Source: Christensenellaceae bacterium (GTDB lineage Bacteria > Bacillota > Clostridia > Christensenellales > Christensenellaceae). From it: 64,000 nucleotides of DNA. Shown piece by piece: positions 9,899 through 19,950 of this stretch (its first letter is position 1; each line of letters starts with the position of its first letter). The notes beneath the pieces were generated by a model. That model saw only the letters and a program-made list of their open reading frames with translations, did no database searches and had not been told where the DNA came from. The stretch covers positions 608 to 64,607 of the forward strand of contig JAFWWA010000028.1 in NCBI GenBank assembly GCA_017523755.1, in the 5' to 3' direction. The translations under genes and the position numbers were made by a program.

Positions 9899-11299
9899 AT
9901 GATCTTCATATTCAACAGCAAGGACAGACCTGCCTTCAATCCGATGAGGGAGACCGAGATAGAAAGCGGAAAGATAAGGGGCATCGCAGGAGGGAATCCC
10001 ATCTGCACGGTGTTTAAGGGCATACCGTTTGCAGCTCCGCCTGTAGGTAAAAACAGATTCAGGGCGCCTCAGCCCGTGGAACCCTGGGAAGGCGTGAGAG
10101 ACTGCATAGAGTTCGGGCCTGCCGCGATGCAGCCCGACAGGAGCTATGAGCCTGTTACCGGTATGGATATGTATCTTACGCCGTACAGGATAAGCGAGGA
10201 CTGCCTTTACTTAAATGTATGGACGCCTGCGGAGACGAAGGAGGACAAGCTTCCCGTCATATTCTGGACGCACGGCGGAGGAAACTTCGGAGGGTTCGGC
10301 CACGAGCCTGAGAACGACGGCGAAGGCTTCGCAAGAAGAGGCGTCATACTGGTAACATATAACTACAGGCTCAATGCTTTCGGATTCCTTGCGCACCCCG
10401 AACTGTCGGCGGAAGACCCGAACGGGGTATCGGGAAACTACGCGGTGCTCGATGCGATAGCCGCTCTCGACTGGACCAGACGCAATATCGCCGCATTCGG
10501 AGGAGATCCCGATAACATCACGATAGCAGGGCAGTCCGCGGGAGCGATTATGACGATGTGTCTGTGTACTTCGCCTCTTTCCAAGGGGAAATTCGCAAAG
10601 GCTATATTCCACAGCAGCGTTCTTACAGGAAAGGAGAAGAAAGGACTGGTCCCCGGAGAGGTGCCGACGCTCCGTGAGGCGGAGAAGCTTGGTGTCAGAT
10701 TCATGGAATCAAGAGGGTGCAGCAGTATCGAGGAGCTGAGAGCTCTGCCTGCGGAGGAGATATTAAGACAGAGGGAGAGCTTCGACTATAAATACAGCCT
10801 GGGTCAGATAGTGGACGGATATGTGCTTAAAAGGCCTTATGCCGATGCCATGGGCGACGGCGAGATGCCCGACCTTCCGTATATCTGCTCATATACCTCG
10901 GATGAGTTCCTTCCCGAAGGTGTGGTCCATCAGGTCATAACTGACGGAGCAAGGCTGTTCCTTGAGAACCAGCTCGTTCTCGGAAGGAAGCCGGCATACG
11001 GTTTCAGGTTCTCAAGACCTATGCCCGGAGACGACAAGGGGGCATGGCATACAGCTGACCTGTTCTATCTCTTTGAAACGATAGACAGGACATGGAGGCC
11101 GATGACGGGCTATGACTATGAGCTCTCAAAGAGATTTGCCGACTACTGGTGCAATTTTGCGAAGAACGGAGATCCGAACGGGTCGGGGCTCCCTTACTGG
11201 GCGCCGTTCACGAAGGACTGCAGGAAGATCATGGACCTCGGTACTTCCAACTGCATGATCGACGCATATCCCGTGGTCGAGGAAGGCTATAAGCTGTAG
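9899..11299 (+). CDS. Type-B carboxylesterase/lipase family protein (para-nitrobenzyl esterase-like)
   Basis: Oxyanion-hole motif (WTHGGGNFGG), nucleophile elbow GxSxG (AGQSAGA), and the EDCLYLNVW motif typical of the COesterase family. AAGGAGA RBS 7 nt upstream. Confidence 0.85.
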   Translation: MIFIFNSKDRPAFNPMRETEIESGKIRGIAGGNPICTVFKGIPFAAPPVGKNRFRAPQPVEPWEGVRDCIEFGPAAMQPDRSYEPVTGMDMYLTPYRISEDCLYLNVWTPAETKEDKLPVIFWTHGGGNFGGFGHEPENDGEGFARRGVILVTYNYRLNAFGFLAHPELSAEDPNGVSGNYAVLDAIAALDWTRRNIAAFGGDPDNITIAGQSAGAIMTMCLCTSPLSKGKFAKAIFHSSVLTGKEKKGLVPGEVPTLREAEKLGVRFMESRGCSSIEELRALPAEEILRQRESFDYKYSLGQIVDGYVLKRPYADAMGDGEMPDLPYICSYTSDEFLPEGVVHQVITDGARLFLENQLVLGRKPAYGFRFSRPMPGDDKGAWHTADLFYLFETIDRTWRPMTGYDYELSKRFADYWCNFAKNGDPNGSGLPYWAPFTKDCRKIMDLGTSNCMIDAYPVVEEGYKL

Positions 11300-11313
11300 A
11301 TCTTACGCTTGAA

Positions 11314-11342
11314 AAGGCTGCCGTGAGGCAGTCTTTTTTTGT
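11314..11342 (+). terminator. Intrinsic terminator after the esterase gene
   Basis: AAGGCTGCC gtga GGCAGTCTT (one G-U pair) followed by a T7 run. Confidence 0.7.
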
Positions 11343-11426
11343 GTGACAGACATGTGAATAAAGCTTTAATTTTATGCCCTGAAAGTCGGTCTGCGTTGAC
11401 AAAAACAAGCGCAAAAAGTATCGTAT

Positions 11427-13331
11427 ATGTTAAGGAAAGGTCAGTTTACATATATGGATTTCAGAGATTTGATTGATAAGATTAAGGACTTTTTTTCAGA
11501 TATATCACAGAAAACGGTAAAGAAAGCGGGGCCTTTTGCCGCTAAGGCGAAAGATGCTTTGTCACGGGGCTTTAAAGCAGTCTCTTCATTTGCGTCAGGG
11601 ATCTTTGGCAGTGTCAGAACGGCGGCCGGCAATATAAAGGGCTCGCTCAGGGAAGGCAGACTGTACGACTTTTACAGGAAGTACAGAAGATATTCGTTTG
11701 CAGCCGTGGCGGTGCTTTCTGTTTCCGTGCTCATAATAACGGCCGTCATACTTGATGCCCGCACGAGGAATGGTGAGATCAGTTCCGATGTCCCGGTCGA
11801 TGCGGTCGGTTCCGAGATCGCCGATATCGATGTCTCTCAGGCAGTATTCATACCGGCAGTCGTCGTGGATGATCAGAGCGAGGGCATGGCCCAGTTCGAC
11901 GAGGACGATGAGGTCTATGAAGGCAATCTTTCGGATGATGAGTATAACGACGCTGCGGGAGAAGTGAAGAGGAAGATCCTCTGCAAGGGAGACAGCAATC
12001 CCGTTGTGGCAAAGATACAGGAAAGGCTGATGGATCTGGGCTATATGGACAGAGACGAGCCTACCGAATATTACGGACCTGCGACGCATACGGCCGTCGA
12101 AAGGTTCCAGATGAAAAACGAGCTTACCGTCGACGGCAATGTCGGAGAGGAAACGCTTGAAAAGCTGTTCTCGGATACTGCAAAGCAGTATTCGATGTGC
12201 GTCGGCATGAGCGGCGAGGACGTAAAGGAACTCCAGAGCATGCTGAGAAACCTCGGTTATCTCGATTCAGCCGACGGAGTTTTCGGCCCGGGGACGGAAG
12301 CCGCGGTCAAGAGCTTCCAGAGCAAGAATGGTCTTACTGCCGATGGCAGCGCCGGTCACTCGACTCTTGAAAAACTGTATTCAGGGAACGTCGTCGCCAA
12401 CTATATAGGCTTCGGTGAGCAGGGAGACGTCATACTTGCCCTTCAGAAGAAGCTGAGGACACTTGGTTATATGACGACGGAGCCTGACGGAAAGTACGGT
12501 CCGGATACCGTGCAGGCCGTAAAGAAGTTCCAGGAGAACAACGGTCTCATGGTGGACGGCTATTTCGGCTATGATACCAAACAGCTCCTGAATTCAGGCA
12601 ACGCTACGCCCAACGCTTTCTCGATAGGCGACAGAGGCCCTCAGGTAGAGAACATCCAGAAGGTCCTGGTAAGACTGAAATACATGAACAGCGCGACCGG
12701 CTATTACGGCGAAGCTACCGAAGCGGCCGTAAGAGCCTTCCAGAAGAGGAACAGCCTCTCCGTTGACGGAAAGGTCGGGCAGAACACGCTCAAGAAACTG
12801 CTTGCTTCCGACGCAAGGCCGGCTGCAAGCAACGCTCCTAAGGCAACAGCCAAGGCGACTCCGACTAAAAAGAAGAGCTCATCTTCTACAAAGAAGGCCG
12901 GTTCGAGCAGCAAGGCGACTTCGACGCCCAAGCCCAAGAAGACGTCCACGCCCGTAAAGATAACCGGAGCCAATGCAAGCTCGCTCATCGAAGTTGCAAA
13001 GTCAAAGCTCGGATGTCCTTACGTAAGAGCGGGTAAAGGTCCCGACGTGTTCGACTGTTCCGGCTTCGTATACTGGTGCCTGCGCAAGATCGGCGTGAAT
13101 ATTGGATACATGACTTCTGCCGGCTGGCGTGACTGCACAAGGTATGAGACCGTATCGAGTCTGGGCTCGGTCAAGGCCGGTGACATAATAGTATTCAAGG
13201 GACATGTCGGCATCGCCCTGGGCGGAGGGCAGATGATAGACGCTTCGTCTTCCGACGGAAAGATCAGGATAGCGAACCTGAGCGGGAATTACTGGAAGAC
13301 CAACTTCATAAAGGCGTGCAGACTGTTCTAG
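11427..13331 (+). CDS. Membrane-anchored cell-wall hydrolase: 5x peptidoglycan-binding (PG_binding_1-like) repeats + C-terminal NlpC/P60 domain
   Basis: TM helix (FAAVAVLSVSVLIITAVIL). Five repeats of about 70 aa have the pattern G..V..LQ..L..LGY....DG.FG..T..AV..FQ..NGL..DG..G..T. A K/S/T/P-rich linker follows. The NlpC/P60 catalytic region has DCSGFVYWC (Cys) and GHVGIAL (His). The start is uncertain; an alternative ATG lies at 11454. Confidence 0.85.
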   Translation: MLRKGQFTYMDFRDLIDKIKDFFSDISQKTVKKAGPFAAKAKDALSRGFKAVSSFASGIFGSVRTAAGNIKGSLREGRLYDFYRKYRRYSFAAVAVLSVSVLIITAVILDARTRNGEISSDVPVDAVGSEIADIDVSQAVFIPAVVVDDQSEGMAQFDEDDEVYEGNLSDDEYNDAAGEVKRKILCKGDSNPVVAKIQERLMDLGYMDRDEPTEYYGPATHTAVERFQMKNELTVDGNVGEETLEKLFSDTAKQYSMCVGMSGEDVKELQSMLRNLGYLDSADGVFGPGTEAAVKSFQSKNGLTADGSAGHSTLEKLYSGNVVANYIGFGEQGDVILALQKKLRTLGYMTTEPDGKYGPDTVQAVKKFQENNGLMVDGYFGYDTKQLLNSGNATPNAFSIGDRGPQVENIQKVLVRLKYMNSATGYYGEATEAAVRAFQKRNSLSVDGKVGQNTLKKLLASDARPAASNAPKATAKATPTKKKSSSSTKKAGSSSKATSTPKPKKTSTPVKITGANASSLIEVAKSKLGCPYVRAGKGPDVFDCSGFVYWCLRKIGVNIGYMTSAGWRDCTRYETVSSLGSVKAGDIIVFKGHVGIALGGGQMIDASSSDGKIRIANLSGNYWKTNFIKACRLF

Positions 13332-13344
13332 CATTAGTGAATCT

Positions 13345-13372
13345 AAAGAGGGGAGATATCCCCTCTTTTTTT
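13345..13372 (+). terminator. Intrinsic terminator after the NlpC/P60 gene
   Basis: AGAGGGGA gata TCCCCTCT followed by a T-run. Confidence 0.8.
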
Positions 13373-13440
13373 GTCCTCCGGACAGGTGTGTCAGGGGACC
13401 GTAAGAGGTGTCAAAAGGGTCGTCCGGACATAAAAACAGG

Positions 13441-13469
13441 TTGATATGGGATGGCTTTTATAATATACT
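13441..13469 (+). promoter_or_regulatory. Putative sigma-A promoter for the aminotransferase-tyrS-yigZ-ilvE gene string
   Basis: TTGATA, a 17-nt spacer, then TATACT. It ends 16 nt before the ATG at 13485. Confidence 0.35.
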
Positions 13470-13484
13470 GTAAAGTGTGAAATT

Positions 13485-14690
13485 ATGGGAAAGAGTACGG
13501 TTATGAGTTTTGATTTTTCAAAAAGATATGACGGAATAACAGGCAGTGCGATAAGGAACATCTTCTCCCTTCTGGGAGATCCGATGATCATTTCCTTTGC
13601 CGGAGGGAATCCTTCTCCAGATACTTTCCCCGGAGAAGTACTCTCCGAAATGGCAAAGGATATCCTTAAGAAAGACAGCGGGACCATCCTCCAGTACGGC
13701 GGCACATACGGAAGACAGTCGTTCCTTGATGTATTAAAGGAGCTTTTTACCGAGGAGAATGCCGTGCCTCAAGACGGTGAGGTCATCTCCCTTACGGGCT
13801 CGTCACAGGGCATAGACCTTATGACCAAGGCTTTCATAGAGAAGGGCGACACCATACTTACGGAATCCCCGACCTTTCTCGGCGCCCTTCAGACGTTCAG
13901 GCTCTTTGAGGCGGACATAGTAGGCGTTGAGATGGACGATCTCGGGATGGTCATAGACGATCTTGAGAAAAAGATAATAAGATACAGGCCGAAATTCGTA
14001 TATACCATACCTACCTTCCAGAATCCCACGGGGCTCACCATGCCCGCTTCAAGGAAAAAGGAAATGGTGGAAGTCTGCCGGAAATACGGAGTCCTCATAC
14101 TTGAGGACGATCCGTATGCTTTCTTAAGGTACTCAGGAAGAGCGGAACCGACTATAAAGAGCTTCGATGACGGTGATACCGTCGTAAGGCTGTTCAGTTT
14201 CTCAAAGATCATATCCCCGGGGCTCAGAGTCGGCGGGGCTTTCGGCAATAAGGAGATAATCTTCAAATTCAATCTTGGCAAGCAGGGACAGGATGTGCAT
14301 ACTGCGAACCTGAACCAGGAAATGGTCGCAAGATATTACAGGGAAGGCTACCTGTATCCCCATATAGGGGAGATAAACGATTATTACAGGGGAAAAGCAG
14401 CGCTCATGTATGAGACGGCGATGAGATACATGCCGGAAGGCACGAGGGTCATAAGGCCCGAGGGAGGCATGTTCCTCTGGGCTGAGCTGCCGGAGCAGCT
14501 CAATGCCACGAAGCTTTTCAGCGAGGCGGTCAGGAACAAGGTCGCGTACGTGCCCGGGACCCATTTCTATCCGGACGGCGGCCATCATAATACACTGAGG
14601 CTGAACTTCACTATGGTCAGTGAAGAGAAGATCGAAAAGGGCATGAAGGTCCTTGGAGAAATGTTCAAAAAACAAATAGCAGACAAATAA
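13485..14690 (+). CDS. PLP-dependent class I/II aminotransferase (substrate unknown)
   Basis: N-terminal GSAIRNIF motif, the PLP-lysine motif [13 protein letters not shown], and a TFQNPTG segment. 401 aa. Confidence 0.8.
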   Translation: MGKSTVMSFDFSKRYDGITGSAIRNIFSLLGDPMIISFAGGNPSPDTFPGEVLSEMAKDILKKDSGTILQYGGTYGRQSFLDVLKELFTEENAVPQDGEVISLTGSSQGIDLMTKAFIEKGDTILTESPTFLGALQTFRLFEADIVGVEMDDLGMVIDDLEKKIIRYRPKFVYTIPTFQNPTGLTMPASRKKEMVEVCRKYGVLILEDDPYAFLRYSGRAEPTIKSFDDGDTVVRLFSFSKIISPGLRVGGAFGNKEIIFKFNLGKQGQDVHTANLNQEMVARYYREGYLYPHIGEINDYYRGKAALMYETAMRYMPEGTRVIRPEGGMFLWAELPEQLNATKLFSEAVRNKVAYVPGTHFYPDGGHHNTLRLNFTMVSEEKIEKGMKVLGEMFKKQIADK

Positions 14691-14703
14691 AGGATTTATA
14701 TAT

Positions 14704-15924
14704 ATGAAAAACGTATTTGAAACTCTTACTGAAAGAGGATTTGTAAAGCAGGTCACACATGAGGGGCTGGAAGAGATACTGGCGAACGAGAAAGTATCCT
14801 TCTACATAGGATTCGACCCCACGGCGGACAGCCTTCATGTAGGTCATTTCGTCGCGCTCATGGCTATGGCTCATATGCAGAGGGCAGGCCACAGGCCGAT
14901 AGTCCTTCTTGGCGGCGGTACCGGAATGGTGGGAGATCCCTCCGGCAAGACTGATATGAGAAAAATGATGACGAGAGAGACCGTCGAGCACAATGTGAGC
15001 CAGTTCAGGAAACAGATAGGCCGTTTCCTCGATTTCGGAGAGGGAAAAGCCATAATGGTCGACAACAGCGAATGGCTGCTGAGCCTCAATTACGTGGATT
15101 TCTTAAGAGAGATAGGTTCACTGTTCTCGGTCAACAGGATGCTCACGGCAGAGTGCTACAAGTCAAGGATGGAGAAGGGGCTGACCTTCCTCGAATTCAA
15201 TTACATGCTGATGCAGGCTTATGACTTCCTTGAGCTCAACAGGAGATACGGCTGTATCCTGCAGATGGGCGGCGATGACCAGTGGAGCAATATCCTTGCA
15301 GGCGCAGACCTTATAAGAAGAAAAGAGAAAAAGGTCGCTTTCGGTCTTACATGCAAGCTGCTCCTCAAGAGCGACGGTAAGAAGATGGGAAAGACTGAGG
15401 GCGGTGCAGTATGGCTCGACGCCGAAAAGACGAGCCCGTACGACTTCTACCAGTACTGGCGCAACGTCGAGGACGATGACGTTGAGAACTGTCTTAAGCT
15501 CCTGACATTCCTTCCGCTGGAAGAGATAGCAGAGCTTACGAGATACAAGGATGAGAGGATCAATACAGCCAAGAAGAGGCTGGCCTTCGAAGTGACGAAG
15601 CTCGTACACGGCGAGGAGGAGGCTGAAAAGGCACAGAGCTCCGCGGAAGCGCTTTTCGGTGCAGGCGGAGCGGGAGATTCCGTACCGGCAACAGAGTTCA
15701 CGAAAGAAGAGATCGACGGGATGCTCGTATCAGATGCGATGATAAAGTGCGGGATAACCAAGTCGAGAGGCGAAGGCAGAAGGCTGATCAAACAGGGCGC
15801 CGTCAGCATAGACGGGGATACCGTGACGGATGAGTTCATGGCCATAGATCTTTCAAAAGTAAAAGACGGATCCCTGATGTTGAGAAAAGGAAAGAAAGTC
15901 TATCATAAGCTTGTTGTTGTATGA
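14704..15924 (+). CDS. tyrS: Tyrosine--tRNA ligase
   Basis: HIGH motif (LHVGHF), KMSKS motif (KMGKT), and a C-terminal S4-like domain ([18 protein letters not shown]). 406 aa. Confidence 0.95.
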   Translation: MKNVFETLTERGFVKQVTHEGLEEILANEKVSFYIGFDPTADSLHVGHFVALMAMAHMQRAGHRPIVLLGGGTGMVGDPSGKTDMRKMMTRETVEHNVSQFRKQIGRFLDFGEGKAIMVDNSEWLLSLNYVDFLREIGSLFSVNRMLTAECYKSRMEKGLTFLEFNYMLMQAYDFLELNRRYGCILQMGGDDQWSNILAGADLIRRKEKKVAFGLTCKLLLKSDGKKMGKTEGGAVWLDAEKTSPYDFYQYWRNVEDDDVENCLKLLTFLPLEEIAELTRYKDERINTAKKRLAFEVTKLVHGEEEAEKAQSSAEALFGAGGAGDSVPATEFTKEEIDGMLVSDAMIKCGITKSRGEGRRLIKQGAVSIDGDTVTDEFMAIDLSKVKDGSLMLRKGKKVYHKLVVV

Positions 15925-16580
15925 ATCCCGAAAGACCAGAGTACTCGACGATAGAAAAAACAGCTGTAAGCGAGATAACGGTAAAAAAATCACGTTTCAT
16001 AGGCCAGCTGTTCCACTGCAGCGGATTCGATGAAGCCCAGGATATCATAGCTTCCGTAAGGAAGAAGTATTATGATGCGAGCCACGGATGCACTGCCATG
16101 ATCTTCGGGGACAACAGGGAGCTGATGAGATGTTCCGATGCCGGGGAACCGCAGGGGACTGCGGGAGTGCCGATGCTCGACGTCCTTAAAGGAAGCGGGC
16201 TAACCTATATCCTCGCCATAGTGACGAGATATTTTGGTGGGACCCTTCTTGGGACCGGAGGCCTCGTAAGAGCATACTCTTCAAGCGTGAAGGAGACGCT
16301 CGCCGTATGCGAGACTGTGACGTTCATGCCTGTCATAACTTACAGCCTTGAAGTACCGTTTAAACTGTGGGGGAAGGCGGACGCGTATATAAAACAGAAC
16401 GGCATACTGTGCGAAACGGAATACCGTGACGTTGTCGCTCTGACGCTCAGGATGAAAAAAGAGCAGGAGCAGAGCTTTATAAAAGACATAGCGGAGATAT
16501 CTGCGGGGAAGATGATCCCTGTGAGGGGGGAGTCTCAATACATCAAGATCAATAACGGGATCTACAGAGGAAAACTCTGA
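15921..16580 (+). CDS. YigZ/IMPACT-family protein (UPF0029)
   Basis: KKSRFIG motif near the N-terminus and a GEPQGTAG segment. Size and architecture are typical of YigZ. Its start overlaps the tyrS stop by 4 nt. Confidence 0.75.
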   Translation: MNPERPEYSTIEKTAVSEITVKKSRFIGQLFHCSGFDEAQDIIASVRKKYYDASHGCTAMIFGDNRELMRCSDAGEPQGTAGVPMLDVLKGSGLTYILAIVTRYFGGTLLGTGGLVRAYSSSVKETLAVCETVTFMPVITYSLEVPFKLWGKADAYIKQNGILCETEYRDVVALTLRMKKEQEQSFIKDIAEISAGKMIPVRGESQYIKINNGIYRGKL

Positions 16581-16599
16581 CCGTGAGGGGAGACAATAA

Positions 16600-17667
16600 A
16601 TGAAACTGGAATTTATCAAAAGAGAAGTGTTAAAAGAGAAACCTGCTGATGAGAGCAAGCTCGGGTTCGGAAGGATCTTTTCCGATTACATGCTCATGAT
16701 GAAGTATGATGAGGCAAAGGGCGGATGGTACTATGCCGCGATCGAGCCGTATGAGAATCTCAGCATATCGCCTGCAGCGCTGGTTTTCCACTATGCACAG
16801 GAATGCTTCGAGGGAATGAAGGCTTACAGGACTGCAGACGGTGAAGTCATGATGTTCAGACCGTGGGATAACGTACACAGGATGAACATTTCAGGAGAGA
16901 GGCTCTGCATGGCCCCGATACCTGAGGATTTCCTGCTCCAGTCAATATATGAGCTGATAAAGGTCGAGAAGGACTGGATACCTTCGTCGCCCGGGACATC
17001 TCTTTATATCCGTCCGACATTCATAGGCATCGATCCCGTGATCGGAGTAAAGGCAGCCTCACAGTATCTGTTATACGTGATACTTTCGCCGGTCGGTTCA
17101 TATTATGCTTCCGGACTTGCGCCGGTCTCCATCTATGTTGAGAACAAATACGTGCGTGCCGTAAAGGGCGGTACCGGATATACGAAATGCGGCGGCAACT
17201 ATGCTGCAAGCCTGAAGGCCGGAGAGGTCGCTCATGAGAGAGGCTATTCACAGGTGCTCTGGCTCGACGGAAGAGAGAACAAGTATATCGATGAGGTCGG
17301 AGCCATGAACATAATGTTCAAGGTCAACGGCGAAGTCATAACGCCTGAGCTCAACGGCAGTATACTTGCCGGTATAACCAGAGATTCCATAATCAAGCTG
17401 GCCAGGAGCATGGGTTACAAAGTCACCGAGAGAAGGATATCCATGCAGGAGATCGCCGATGCGGCTGAGAACGGAACGCTTGAGGAAGTATGGGGAACGG
17501 GAACAGCTGCTGTCGTGAGCCCTGTAGGAGAACTCATCTGGGAAGACAAAGTGATAAAGGTCGGAGACGGCGGAATGGGTAAACTCACGCTTGAGCTCTA
17601 CAATAAGCTGACCGGTATCCAGTACGGAAGAGAAGCCGACGAAATGGGCTGGACCGTAAAACTGTAA
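16600..17667 (+). CDS. ilvE: Branched-chain-amino-acid aminotransferase
   Basis: 355 aa fold-type IV aminotransferase pattern (FHYAQECFEGMKAYR, RPFIG-like YIRPTFIG, GTGYTKCGGNYAASL, GTGTAAVVSPV). Confidence 0.9.
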   Translation: MKLEFIKREVLKEKPADESKLGFGRIFSDYMLMMKYDEAKGGWYYAAIEPYENLSISPAALVFHYAQECFEGMKAYRTADGEVMMFRPWDNVHRMNISGERLCMAPIPEDFLLQSIYELIKVEKDWIPSSPGTSLYIRPTFIGIDPVIGVKAASQYLLYVILSPVGSYYASGLAPVSIYVENKYVRAVKGGTGYTKCGGNYAASLKAGEVAHERGYSQVLWLDGRENKYIDEVGAMNIMFKVNGEVITPELNGSILAGITRDSIIKLARSMGYKVTERRISMQEIADAAENGTLEEVWGTGTAAVVSPVGELIWEDKVIKVGDGGMGKLTLELYNKLTGIQYGREADEMGWTVKL

Positions 17668-17679
17668 GGAGGATATGAG

Positions 17680-19911
17680 TTGAAAAGATCATTATCCCTG
17701 ATCGTTCTTACCGTTTTTATCGTTCTGATGCTTCCGTTTTCGCATGTCCATGCGGAGGACGCGCTTGAGCTGACATGCGAAACGATTCCTGCGGCGCTTT
17801 CAGAAAGCGGAACGGTAGCGGTGAACGTAAAGGCAAAAAACAACGGGGACGATGTTTCTCAGCTCATTATAAAATACGGGGATAAGGTGATAGGTGAAGC
17901 TGAGCTGATCGGCCTGGGGCAGGAGAGGGTGATAACCGATCCGGATTTCAGGATACTTACCGAGGAGCTTGGCAAGAGCTTTGAACTGAAGGCTGAGTAC
18001 AGAGTGGACGGCGAGGTGAAAACGAAGACCGTCTCCTTCAGGGTGGACAGGGAAGAAGCCGAACCATCATGTGAGCTTAAGGCATCGCTTGACAGGGCCG
18101 GGAACGGGAATGCCGTACGGCTGAGCTTCCTCGTTAAGAATACAGGAAATACTCCGTTAAGGAACTGCAGCATAACTGACAGCCTTGTAAGGGAAGGCGA
18201 AAATCTTGCCGGCAGACCGTTCGATGTCGAAGCTGGGAGGACTGAGACGTTCTATTATGATCTTCCGCAGGGAAGCGCGGAAACAGTCTCAGCAGTCCTT
18301 AAGGCCGAAGCTGCAGGAAAGGACTTTGAGAAGGCGTTCAACAGCATCGGGATCGGGAGATCGGGAAACTCCATCTCGGTCACACTCGACCCGAATGACG
18401 TCACAGCGGATTTCGGTACGGTATTCGATATCGAGGTATCGTTAAAGAACGACGGGAACTCGAGATTCGACAGCATAATGCTTTTTGACCCTGCGTCAAG
18501 AAGGACTGATCTGCCTAAGACCGAGCTTGATCCGGGTGAAGAGATGAAGATATCCTATCCCTTCACCGCAGAAGAGACGGGAGAGTACAGGTTTCAGGTA
18601 AAGGGGAGTACTGAAGAAGGAAGGACTTTTTCATACGAATCCGAGCCGCTGGTGCTGCTGGTGAACGGTTCTGAAAGCACAGACGCGGTTCCTCTTCTGC
18701 TTTCGGTAAAGCCTGATACGGAGGAGCTTGAAAGACCCGGAACTGTAAAGTTCGAGATCAGCGTCATCAATGCGAGCTCGGATACATATACCGATATAGT
18801 CATATATGAAAAGCACCTGGGCGAGATCGAAAGACTTGAAGAACTGCCGGGTGAAACGAAGGCAAAGATAACAAATAAAAGAGAAGTGTCGGAATCAGGG
18901 ACCTATGAGTTCAGCCTGAAGGCACAGGAGGCCGGCGGCGGTACTGCAGAAGCTGCAGCTGATCCGATATATATAAGTGTTTTAGGAGGTGGGGGCTTGA
19001 AATCATTCTTAAGCAATCTTATACAGAACAGCAATCTGCTTCTGATCATCGGAGCTGTCATTGCCGTTATAGTGGTGATCCTTATCATCGTGCTTATAGT
19101 GCTCAGCAGATCTGAGAAGAAGGGCAAAAACGGTTATACTTCGGATGATGAAGACGACGACTATCCTGTTTCAAGAGGATCAAGAGGACAGGACAGCGAC
19201 TGGAGCAGCGACATGTTTGACGACGGCGGCGCTCAGGATACCGAGAATGCGCCTGAGGAAGTGATACCGGAAGAAAAACCGGCAGAGGCTGAAGAGAACA
19301 GGGAAGTGTTCAATCTCTTCGGCGAAGCGGTGCCGGAAGAGCCCGAAGCTGCGGACGCGGATCAGGACGATATAGATATCTCCCTTGACGATGAGCCCGC
19401 TGACGAGGAGCTTATCAGCAAGGAAAAGGCTGTGCTCGATGCTATCGATATGATGGACGAGGAGCTTGACGGAGAAGAGATCGTTTTTGATGAGAATATA
19501 GCGGCTCTTCAGGCTGAAGCGGACAAGCTTCAGGGAGAAGCTGAGGCAAAGCAGGCAGAGGCCGATGAGGCAAAGAAACTTGCCGATGAAGCAAGACAGA
19601 ACGTCCAGCGCGCAAAGATAGAGGCGATAAAGAAGGCTGAGGAAGAAAGAAGGCTTGAAGAGGAAAAGAAAGCCGAAGCGCTCCGCAGGATAGAAGAAGC
19701 TGCAAAAGCTGAAGAAGAGGCAAAGAAGGCAGCTCTTGAACAGCTGGAAAATGAGCTGTCAGCTGCCGACGCATCTGAAGATCTTCCGGAGGCTGATGAC
19801 GTGACTGAGTCTGCTGATTTATCTCTGGGTGAGGCTGGGACCTTGACTGAAGAAGTCAGGGAAGAAAGAGGTACTGTAAAGAGACGCGGCTCAAGCAGAA
19901 GGCTTGGATGA
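17680..19911 (+). CDS. Uncharacterised type-I membrane protein: signal peptide, four ~100-aa beta-sandwich-like modules, one TM helix, acidic + coiled-coil cytoplasmic tail
   Basis: TTG start 7 nt after an AAGGAGG RBS. Signal peptide MKRSLSLIVLTVFIVLMLPFSHVHA. Recurrent motif about every 100 aa (VAVNVKAKNNGDD, VRLSFLVKNTGNTPL, FDIEVSLKNDGNSRF, VKFEISVINASSDTY). TM helix LLLIIGAVIAVIVVILIIVLIVL (about nt 19036-19105). The tail is D/E-rich, then A/E/K-rich. Confidence 0.7.
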   Translation: MKRSLSLIVLTVFIVLMLPFSHVHAEDALELTCETIPAALSESGTVAVNVKAKNNGDDVSQLIIKYGDKVIGEAELIGLGQERVITDPDFRILTEELGKSFELKAEYRVDGEVKTKTVSFRVDREEAEPSCELKASLDRAGNGNAVRLSFLVKNTGNTPLRNCSITDSLVREGENLAGRPFDVEAGRTETFYYDLPQGSAETVSAVLKAEAAGKDFEKAFNSIGIGRSGNSISVTLDPNDVTADFGTVFDIEVSLKNDGNSRFDSIMLFDPASRRTDLPKTELDPGEEMKISYPFTAEETGEYRFQVKGSTEEGRTFSYESEPLVLLVNGSESTDAVPLLLSVKPDTEELERPGTVKFEISVINASSDTYTDIVIYEKHLGEIERLEELPGETKAKITNKREVSESGTYEFSLKAQEAGGGTAEAAADPIYISVLGGGGLKSFLSNLIQNSNLLLIIGAVIAVIVVILIIVLIVLSRSEKKGKNGYTSDDEDDDYPVSRGSRGQDSDWSSDMFDDGGAQDTENAPEEVIPEEKPAEAEENREVFNLFGEAVPEEPEAADADQDDIDISLDDEPADEELISKEKAVLDAIDMMDEELDGEEIVFDENIAALQAEADKLQGEAEAKQAEADEAKKLADEARQNVQRAKIEAIKKAEEERRLEEEKKAEALRRIEEAAKAEEEAKKAALEQLENELSAADASEDLPEADDVTESADLSLGEAGTLTEEVREERGTVKRRGSSRRLG

Positions 19912-19950
19912 ACAAACTTGTAATCAATTAATCTTTTTAGGAGATATATA

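Noticed and set aside
11300-11426. c-di-AMP (ydaO) riboswitch upstream of the first NlpC/P60 gene
   Set aside because: Only about 85 nt remain after the upstream terminator, and none of the conserved ydaO core sequences are visible. This is too short for that riboswitch class.
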